A stretch of DNA of 60,280 nucleotides, filler included, from Sphacelaria rigidula (lineage: Eukaryota), in NCBI GenBank assembly GCA_964200075.2. It is 5 parts of 5 records of this genome, joined end to end, with 100 filler letters (N's around TTAATTAATTAA, not from the genome) between each part and the next. Parts side by side here need not be neighbours in the genome. Positions count along the whole stretch, not along the records: positions 48,308 to 60,280 come from CAXNAA020004279.1; 4 more parts are not named here. One strand, written 5' to 3'. Numbering within the stretch: the stretch's first letter is position 1; the number at the start of each line of letters is the position of its first letter. The notes below the pieces were generated by a model that made no database searches, was not told the DNA's origin, and saw only the letters and a list, made by a program, of their open reading frames with translations. A program made the translations under genes and the position numbers. Of this stretch, positions 50,470 to 60,280 are shown piece by piece.

Positions 50470-50982
50470 TAGGAACCGGCTGATTCAGACCCACCCCTAG
50501 CCGCGTACATCTACTAGCAGTGAAGATGCTGCTGCTGCTGCTTCTCCTTCTCGTGCGGAAGGCGGTCCGCGTTTCGACCTGTGCCAATACCCATACCCCC
50601 TTGTGCGCGATTGCCACCCTGCTTGAAGTCGCTGGTCTGTATCACTTGTTTCCCACCCTAGATTAGAACTCCGCGTGATTTCTCGTGATAATGAAGTTGT
50701 GAATCGCCACTTCACTGTCACGATCACGAAATGACCACGTATCGTTTCCCTTGTTTAGTTGAAACGCCGCCTAAAATCAAACTTGGAAACATTAGAAACA
50801 CAAATGGTGGACTCGGTGAGCTCTTCAACTGTCCTGCAGACAGGACCCTACCCTTGATGTCCTTGGACTGTCAGCCGGTGAAACTGTTCCGAGGCGACGC
50901 TCGCTTTGGTCGTAAAATAGTTGACGGAGGGCTTTCGGAAACTCATGATTTTTAACGTACGCCAACCTCTACCCCAACTTAA

Positions 50983-51081
50983 CCCTTGCACAGCGAGAGT
51001 AGGTCACCTGTTGAATCGGCATTAATTCCACTTGAAAAAAAGTATGCATGATCCAGAAAGACTAACCTCGCGGTCGAAGGG
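50983..51081. mobile_element. 99-bp piggyBac-like MITE
   Basis: TTAA-CCCTT ... AAGGG-TTAA with a perfect TTAA duplication. Confidence 0.8.
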
Positions 51082-54000
51082 TTAAGGCATGAGAGGACCG
51101 TCGGACAAGCGGGGTGCAAAGGTTGCTCTAGGCGAAGTGTGCCTTGGCAGCCCTCCAATCGGCGCCGCGCCGATTTGGATTAAAACAGTCTGGGCAAGCT
51201 AGGGGCATTTGGGACTGTTAGCTGGTCTAAAATCAAGTAATCAACCATTCTCACGACCGGAAACGCTTTCACCAGAGAGAGGGCTTAAACTGCGCACTGT
51301 ATCGCAAGCGTAATTCCCTTATGTTTCCGCGCACTAACAGTAGTTCACGACGAGTTCGCGATTGAATCACGATCAACCGCTTTTGCCCAGTCCATGATGA
51401 GTTGGTGGGTGAAAATGCGACTATTGATAGCCGCTTCCGCCTATTGTGTACCCGGTACGCTACATAGAAAATTGGCATCAGAGGCGTTTGGGTTCACTTT
51501 TTACTTCAACTCCTCGGGACGGTATAGCTCAGGAACCGGGGAAGAAGCTGGCATCACAACTCGAGTGCAAGATCACTGATGAAACCCCAAGTTCCATTGT
51601 GACGAAATCAATCTTCCCTCTGCTTTCGCTGGTTACTGCAGATGACCCGCCAACGAAGCACATGACCTGCGCACTGCATGGTTGTGACCGACGTTCTGTA
51701 CTGTTGACCCAAAGTTTTGCCTGTGTAACTGCCTTGAAATATTCACTGCTGAGAACAAGTACTGCCGCGCTGCACTGGAATGAAACCTCTCGCTGCGTCC
51801 TGGCGCTGACTTCATATTATTCAGTCCTAGTCACGCTGTACTCGACGAACTGTGCGGTATGAAGTATATTTTGTATAATAGTACTTTCAGAAAGGGCACA
51901 CCAGATGTAGCCAGCGGGATGATATTTCAATAGCTCAATAGAGCTGCCGTGAGTAAAGCGGTAGATTGCCATTACATATCAAGCACAGGATGCCATAGCT
52001 GACCCTGATCAATGCGTTGTGTTTAAAGCATGCCAAAACACGCATTGCTGCAATACTGTAATGCTTGAACTACAGCATTTCCAGACATCGCCAGACAGAA
52101 AAAGCATGGAACCTTCCGGGTGCGTGAGGCGCCAAACCAACCGTCCGCCGCACCGGAATCTACCGGTATCCTTACACGGTATATTCTACATGAGATCCTA
52201 CAGGACATGTTGACAAGGTACTGTCTGCATGTACCGTCGTACCGTGGCGAGTATGTCGGTACGCCTCCTCATACCAGTACAGGTCAGGATGCCCGTCTCC
52301 ATGTTCACTCGGTGTGTGTCTGATTGACGCCTACAAAAAGCGACGGGACGAGACAAAGGAAGGGTGCGGGGTGTTCCCCGGCTGCAAGGTGGAGCAGCAC
52401 TGGCAGGTAGACGGAAGGAGTTGGATAGGCGGACCTTTCTCGGGACCACGACTACGACACCACTACCCTAACTGTCATGAAGAACAATCACTGGATATAC
52501 ATCTATTTGAGGCATGTGCTCGCATGCGACATCGAAACGCAAAACGTGTTCAGCTCTAGCCGCATGTCCAACATTGCCTCGCGATGGTACTTTCCGCCGC
52601 GGTACCTCGGCAAGCGAGTGCTAGTTGCTCGGTGCCAACTGCCCGCCCCATGATATGTTCAATATAAATGTTTTGTCCGATCAACCGGAACAGCATCAGC
52701 TTGATGTACAAGTATAATCTCTCCCTCTCTCTCGACAGCCATTCGAGACACTCGTTATAGTAGCAGTGCGCCTTTTCTCGGACACACAACCCGAAATAAG
52801 GCTTGCCAGAACTCTAAATTTTAATGCCAAAGCAGGCTGTAAGCTCTGAACGAAGGGCTCGGCATGCTGGCGGTCGTGTGTGTCTACGATCGAGGTATCT
52901 GCGGCAGGACAGCGGTTGTTATGATATTGCACCCAAACTGTACTTAAAAATAGGCATCACACCAGGACCAGGGAAGAGTAAAAAATGCAGGTAACGAACG
53001 TCAATACAACGAACACAGCTACGCACTGCTGACGGCACCAGCGCTTCGAAATAAGACCGTTGTCTTCATCTGTAGGCGCATATCGTGTGCTAGGGTACAG
53101 ACACTACAATACAGTACAACATACATCCAACACTCGAGATTGGAGTCTTGTACTGTATTCGGCTCACCTCAATGACACTGAACCTGTTCAGGGCATTAGA
53201 AGTGGACACACTGAGCTGCCTTTTATGCTTGGGCGTTAGGCCCCGCAGCATCTTATCCACCTCTCTACGCCTTGCCTCCGACATGGATACAATAGAAACA
53301 ACAGCTACAGCGACTCCGCGTTAAGGTGATGCTTCAGCACCCCTGACCTATCGGGCGGCGGCTGGTGTAGATGATGTTGGTTTTAGCCGTGACTCCCCCA
53401 CCAGACCCAACCTTTAGCGTATGATATTCATGGTCATCGCCCAGTGTGCAGTTGTAACCGTCAGGATCTGCTGGACAATACATGTAACCGTCAAAACAGT
53501 CGACGCCGCGTGTATTGTAGCACAAGAAAGATCTTCTTTCTTCCCACCCCTCGAAGTGGACATGGCCGGGGTAGGAGCGACTGACTGCGACGGCGACTGA
53601 CTGCAGTATCACCTGGCCATAGTGCCCGGTTACTGCCTCTCTTCGAGGGTGATTTCGGTGCACCTCGGTGGGGGTTGGGTGTTGTGCATGGACAGACTGT
53701 TCAGTCAACAATTATCGCACAGCTCGTGCTGTACGCCTTGGCTTACTTACCTGAAAAAGAATACTCGCGGCGTTGTTCGCGCCATCGTTTGTGAAACGCC
53801 GAAAATGGGATAACGGTGGTCCCATCCGAATAGCGTTGATGGTTACGGCATCCGCAGCAAAGCAAACCAATGGCACCATCTACTACCAATCATTCACGTC
53901 ATTTAAGGGCACGGACAACCGTCGCTTCATCAGCGGTATCGCGTTTAGAAGCTACATGCACATGTGCCCACATCATACGGCCGCGACATACGGCTCTCTA

Positions 54001-55408
54001 CCGATACCCTCACTCAGGGACGTACTGGAAGGATTCCTCCTACAGTTCTGATTCTGAGTGGTTAATAGTTGGTAGCCCCTTGTAACGAACATGTGTAATA
54101 AGATCCGGCGACGAGTTTCACCTGAAGGTGCTCCCGCGAAGCAGATCTAAACTGAGGCCACTTGATGGGCAAACAATTTTATTGAGAGATCACTTGCCCT
54201 CGGGTCCCTCATTCCGGTGTCCGTGGAGGAGACAACAATTAATTGCCATGCGCAATCTGCTTCAACTCGGCACACCCGCTGCTCCACCCGGACCGGAGAA
54301 AATGCTACAGTATATTCATTTTTAAGATAAGATCGTGATCTACTTGGCCGATGCCTTGCAACATAGCGTAGAAAGTGTGCTCATCTCAGGTGTATTCTTG
54401 ATTGGCCGACCGCGCTAGTAATCTATTATATTATTAGTCACACATTGAAAACTGGACGTTCTCACGTAACGAATGTTCTCAGCACCACTCTGGATTAAGT
54501 TTCGTCCGAGGTGGAACCATCCACGGTTCGGACGAATCATCGCCGATTCGAATCACTAAATAATCCACGATTTTTCAGGCATGATTGCCCGGAGGAGAAG
54601 ACAAAGTTGACCGCTGATCAAAAAGGCCTCCACACAATTTGTGCGCCAATCCACGTGCGTGCCTGGGCTGCGCGTACCTGGGTTGCAACGCTGAAAACGA
54701 AGCCCGAGGATTGATTCATACGGTATAATATATTTAACACTAAAATTAAGTCATTTCTTGACGAATCATTGATTCGTCCGACCCTTGGAACCGTCGCAAT
54801 GTCCGAGGTTATTTCGAGGCGAGGCCCAAGAGCAAACTCCTGATTACATCACGAGTCTCCCTTTCGTCATCTCCATCTGTATCCTTTCATCTGAGCTCCG
54901 ACAGTCTATTGCTCCCTGTAAGTCTTTGTTGGCCACAAGCGTCTTTCCACGTCAAGCTTCTTCATCTTACACAACATTGGGTTCAGCTCATAGCATCGGC
55001 CAGCGTGAGCATTCAAATTAATCAACAGTCGACTGTGTGTGCAATTACTCACCCGTAACTTTTAACAGGTGCTATACCATGCCGTGTACCATATTCTGGA
55101 CGGATAGTGACGCCACGATAGGGGTGCACTTTCCAGCCCCAAAGCATTTTTTCTAGGCTGCACACTAAGGGCCAGTTTATCATCGAAAGGCTCCCACAAC
55201 AAAGAGCCTCAGAAAAGAAAGTGCACCCCTACCGTCGCATTGCTCAGTACTGGTTCATGTTATCCGATATCTTGTTCGCGTTCCCTAACATTCCCAGGTC
55301 ACATGCAGAGTAGCAATGTGTGCGTGGATCAGCTTGTAAATGCACACGTCGTCGACCCCATTTGCGTTAATTTCATTCTTGACCCTCCTCGTATACTCGC
55401 ATACAGTA

Positions 55409-56240
55409 CAGTGCCGGCTCGCTCATAAGCAACGTCTTCGTAAGAAGTTGAGAGCCACTGAAGATTTTCGAAGAACTGAGAATCTGCCGTAAGAAATAGA
55501 GCTCATCAGAAGGGATATCATAGGAAATGGCGGGGAACAAAATCGATTATGTTTGTACCGTGCGAAAGCTCGTACGTATGAACAATAACTATCGTAGGAA
55601 ACACAAAGAAATTGCTGGGCTTGGAATAAGAAAGGACCAAAATAAGAAATAACAAGCATGAGAAAGAACCAAAATGATAAGTAGATGCAATATTCTTGGA
55701 CAGACATGAGACATAACAGCCGATCATCGAAATCGAGAATGGAGCTTTTCATTGAGGATGAGAACCCGGAGGATTAAAATCTTCGTATCCACACCAAATG
55801 TTCGAAGTACGGTTCCGTTCCTTCACCTACTGGTAGCTATTGACAACTGCTACATGCTCTACAAATTTGGACTTCGATAATCCAAATGTTGGGGTACTAG
55901 ATGAAGAAACAATATATTGGGGTCGGATCGCCGAAACTCACAGAAGTTGGTTTTCGACCTAGGACCCCAACATTTCAGTAATGGAAATCCAAATTTGTAT
56001 GACGTGTAGTAGTTGTCAATACCTACCAGTAGGTGAAGGAATGGAACCGTATTTCGAAGATTTGGTGTGGATACGAAGATTCCAGTCCTCCGGGTTCTCA
56101 TCCTCAATGAAAAGCTCCATCTTCAATTCTGAGGATCGGCTGTTGAATGGCGAGCAAGGAAATCACGTTAACATCGGCGGTCATAGTAAGGTTTTGAGCT
56201 TAGTTCAAGATAGCTGTTTCTTATGAGCGGGCCGACACTG
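55409..56240. mobile_element. Tc1-like foldback element with long internal inverted repeat
   Basis: TIR CAGTG(C/T)CGGC(T/C)CGCTCATAAG; TA on the left, TG on the right; internal arms about 55715-55900 and 55965-56145. Confidence 0.75.
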
Positions 56241-56347
56241 TGTATATCTGCTGAGGCGTGCGCTAAAGACCTCGTCACCTTATACTTGGGATAACAGGTG
56301 TCTTGTACGAACGGTCACCCGTGTAGTACCATATTCGTTCGATAGTT

Positions 56348-56598
56348 GACCAATGCTGAGATAGCCCCCCCCACAAAAAGTGCACCGGAGACCGTCCGAC
56401 AAACCGACTGCGATCGCACTATTGGGCTCATTTGCAGCAATTTCGCCCATATGAGAGGCGTGTAGCAGTCCGAATCAGCTATAACGCCCAAATGAGGCGC
56501 GTCGTGCAGCACGAAACCAGCTCTAACGGCAATTGCGGTCATCGCCTCCGTGCACTTTTTTGGCTGGTTCGGGGGGGGGGGCTACATCGGCAGCAGTC
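56348..56598. mobile_element. 251-bp MITE with 4-bp TSD (AGTT), same family as 30944-31193
   Basis: Colinear similarity over the full length; AGTT on both sides. Confidence 0.8.
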
Positions 56599-59500
56599 AG
56601 TTCAGTCTCTATCAGGGTTCGTTGTCCCCGACGGGGGTTTCTGCGCGATGCAACAGCCCAGACTTCCCCGGTGAACACTGGTGGTGAAACTAGCTCACCG
56701 AAAACTTCCAAGCGCGGTCCCATATGAGGAATGACCAACATTTCGGCAGCACCCATATGCTGAAATCGCTGCATGGAAAGTTGACTGGCTGCAGCGACGA
56801 AGTGCCACGCACCTCGAACACCTGATATTCGACGCGCGGATATTTACTCTTGCGCCGCATGCTGCGGCAGCAGCTTGTGGTCGAGTGGTCGTGTGGAAGT
56901 TAATGGGATCACAGGGGTCAAGCGGTTATGAAAAGTGTTGCCATTGGGCGAGTGCAAGCCTGCAAGCACACCGTGAGGTGCGTGGGCAGCTGAGGAAAAC
57001 TTTGTTGGTCTCCCAGCAGATGACGAATTCACGATGGGTTATTGTGAATTGTGTACGTGGTGCAAAAGCGAACCGTCCGACTTTCGTTGACTGTAAACAG
57101 TGGGAGGAAGAACGCCCATGTCTGATGGATATGATCAATGCTGCTTAGTTAGGTGTTCTTTCAGTAAGACGCGCTTTCACGGAATGTGAGTTAGTGAAAC
57201 CGGATCGACGGGGCTAGGCATCGCGCACGTGTTATCTGGCGATTCTATTTTCGTGGATTCAGATGGTAAGTGAATGATGTTCTTATGGTGTTTCTTCTGG
57301 AGTAGATCTGCACGTTTGCTCTGAAAAGTAGTTGTAATCGAATGATACGGTAAGGTGGGATTGCCGGGTTGAATGCCTCGGGAGAAGCACTCTACGAGAC
57401 CGTAATATTTTACACACATCCTGTCAGGCCATTCTGTGGTAGGGGGGGGGGGGGGTGAGATACTGCCCGTAACATTAGGATCCATGGCCGTACTTCACAT
57501 TGACAGAATTCTATATGTATGTTTTCGTGGGGGTAAAGCATCATCATACTGCCGGGATGTAGCTGAATCTTGTCGGGAAAGGCCATTCTTAGTAATAGTT
57601 TCGACCTTGAGAGAAATATCCGTCTTGATGCATTAAATAATAGTCAGAACTCTGTGTCGGATAGATACAAGTTGATACTTCGCCCGTCATGTTCGATGCC
57701 GTAACGACCTCTTTGCGTTATGCTCCAGGGGTGAAGATTGTACCGTTCGGTTACCGTGTAAACACCGAAGACACAGAAATACAAGGAAAGCTGTGTCAAG
57801 GCATTCTACGCAATAGCACCATGCAGCAGCTAGATGTGTACAACTGTTGCTCACGAGTTCTTGCGTTCACTCTCCGTTATCCACCGGCTGAGCTTTGACA
57901 TCTACAAGTTTTGACGTTCATTGGCCGATAGATAACTTCGTGAGTGTCAGGCTGAGGTTGAGCTTTTGTGGCGTGAATAGACTGGGCCCTCAAGACCTAC
58001 AATTCAGCAAATCATAATGCAAATTGCGTCAACAGCGGCAGACCCACAGAATGGTCTAGCTGGAGGGCGACGCCATGGCCGAGCAAGGTCTGGAGTAAAA
58101 TTAGTCCGTGGGGTCGACTATGTACATACTTCACGGCCATCGCTAGCCGGTATCCATGTAAACACAAATTTACTGCTTCACGGACTTTTGTAGGAGTGCG
58201 CCACACGACGGTCATAATTCAAGAACGTCAAGCACAGCGACTCCTGTCTACATGCGCTACCATGCCCACGATCCATGCTGCCGGTAGACGGTGGTGTCTG
58301 TCATGCTCGGCGATGGAAGTATCTGTTGTAGTAGCATGAAAGGCGGGAGGGGCAGCAGTTGGTTGCTCCATTCTACATACATTCATTGCACACATATTGA
58401 GAAATTATGTGCGACTCAAAGGACAGACGAAGTCTATTTGTAGAGTGATGCTACGGAAGGGGTGCACAAGTATTTTCTAAGATTATAATTGTTAACAGCC
58501 TTGCACCTTATGCAAAACACTTCTTATGAAAATATGTCAGAGTACGCCAGGATTACTACTTTAATGTGCTCGGGGTATCCCGAGTGAATTTGCAAATGGG
58601 GATGCCCTGACCCATATTCTTTTGCATCTAGAATCGTTAGGAGCCCCTGAACCAAACAAGATCTCGCGCAAAAAGTGCACCCCTACCGTAGCATTGCTCT
58701 GTATAAAAGCTTGTCGGGAAAAAAATATTGTCAGATCCGAGCAGTATATTGCAGGTTGACTTTCGAGCATCGTTTCATTGGCTGTGTGTTCACGTCTTGA
58801 AACCTCACCAAGATATATCTACTCCGATGTCGTCTTTCTGCCCGCAAGTCGTGCTGGCGAGATTCGTATACAGGACTAGTATTCGTGTGAATACTGCGAG
58901 ATATTATGCTACGATTGTGTAGGTAATGTTCTCTACTGAAATCTTTAGTGGTATATTTCGTGTGATATATGGTGCGCGAAACCTCTGCAAAACGCACGCA
59001 TGATCTGTATGCTGGCACACCAGGGTCTGAAACAGGGCTCCGACCGGCTCCACGCGGAGGCGCTCTTGAGCCCTCGGAGGGGTCACCCAAGTTCCCCTCC
59101 CGGAGGGCCCACCACAGAGCAAGATATCGAAGAATAATACGTCGTTTTGCGTATTGTTTGCCTTCATTTTTAATCCGTCAAGGGTATTCCAATGAGTGGG
59201 TTTTACACCAGGGATACCTGAAAAAGTTGATGTACAAACACGGGCCGTAGTTAACGGTGATACAATGTTTGTGTCATGTGCAAAAACCCCCGCATACTAT
59301 GAGCTACGCTGGGCTAGAAATGGGATTAAGCTGCCACGACCATACCTCATCGACGTCGGCGAATTGAGCTGTGATCCGCACATCTTCTTAATTGTCCGAT
59401 CAAGGGGTAGATGCCCATATACCCAACAGGCTGGATGCTCTCTTGCTGATTAAACACCATATCGAGCAAATCCCGTGACGTACGGAGATATCTCGATCGT

Positions 59501-60280
59501 AAAGTCTGTCCGAAACATCATCACAATCTTCGAATGATGCTGATTCTTGGTGTGAAAAATTATTTGGGGCACGGAGAAACGATTAATACCATCACCTCCA
59601 CTTAGAGGGTTCCTTAATCTTTCGATGTGTATATGTGGCGATAATAAGGTTTCATACTAAGTTCAACATACTGCACTAAATACACTAAATCTGGAGTGAC
59701 TAGGTCGGTTTTGAGTGTTTTGCCTTGAAATTCGGTACAGTGGGTACCCCGAGTTAAGAGCACTCGGGACTCAAGAGCGGTCGAAATGGCTTGTCACGAA
59801 AGAAAATTAAGTGATGAGAGCGTTTGTTTTATACCTCCTACAGCCGCTCTCGGGTCTACCATACCTCTGCATCCCTCAAGAACCCCCGCATACGCCCAAT
59901 TCGAATAAATAATACCTGGGCCAGCCGATACAGTCTGCAGCTATGGCCTGCGCAGCGGGAGTGCACTGCGGCATGCATGGCACATGTGGTGTGCCAGCAT
60001 AAACAAAAACGCACCTTGCGATACTACTGCTGCACAGTGGAGCACCAACTCGTTCGATCATCGTTTGCTGTCTTCAGTTGCTGCTGTCATTTTGCTCTTC
60101 TTCTGCTGATTTTGTAAGTGGGCGTAGCTTGTACCTTCACACGCTATGCAGCAAGCGAACCTTAAAGGAAGGGTGTGAGGTATGGTGAAACGCAGCGCCC
60201 ACGTACTTACACCCGCCACCCCTCCCCCTCCACGACGCACCGAACCACAACTTGATTATTTCTTTATTTTCTCTTTCAGT

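Overview
Repeat-rich eukaryotic nuclear DNA, most likely a brown alga (Phaeophyceae, Ectocarpus-like), inferred from the exon/intron style, the repeat families and an algal Cys-rich domain. The window is not one locus. It is five contigs of 11979, 11978, 11975, 11975 and 11973 bp in descending size order, joined by identical 100-nt linkers (44 N + TTAATTAATTAA + 44 N), so nothing should be inferred across the gaps. Two spliced genes can be rebuilt by hand. The first is a 5'-truncated SURF6/Rrp14-family nucleolar protein gene (+, 4 exons, 3825-10001) ending in an RGG-rich tail. The second is a 3'-truncated secreted Cys-rich repeat protein gene (-, 6 exons, 15573-12229) with only phase-1 introns, one of them GC-AG. 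The rest is mostly transposon-derived: tRNA-derived SINEs, a decayed LINE, MITEs resembling Tc1/mariner, hAT, PIF/Harbinger and piggyBac, a MITE family with 4-bp TSDs, foldback elements, a probable fossil intron-containing hAT transposase, and simple repeats. Almost all ORFs in the supplied track are spurious. I found no evidence of a prokaryotic-type novel system (no CRISPR array, operon or defence island).
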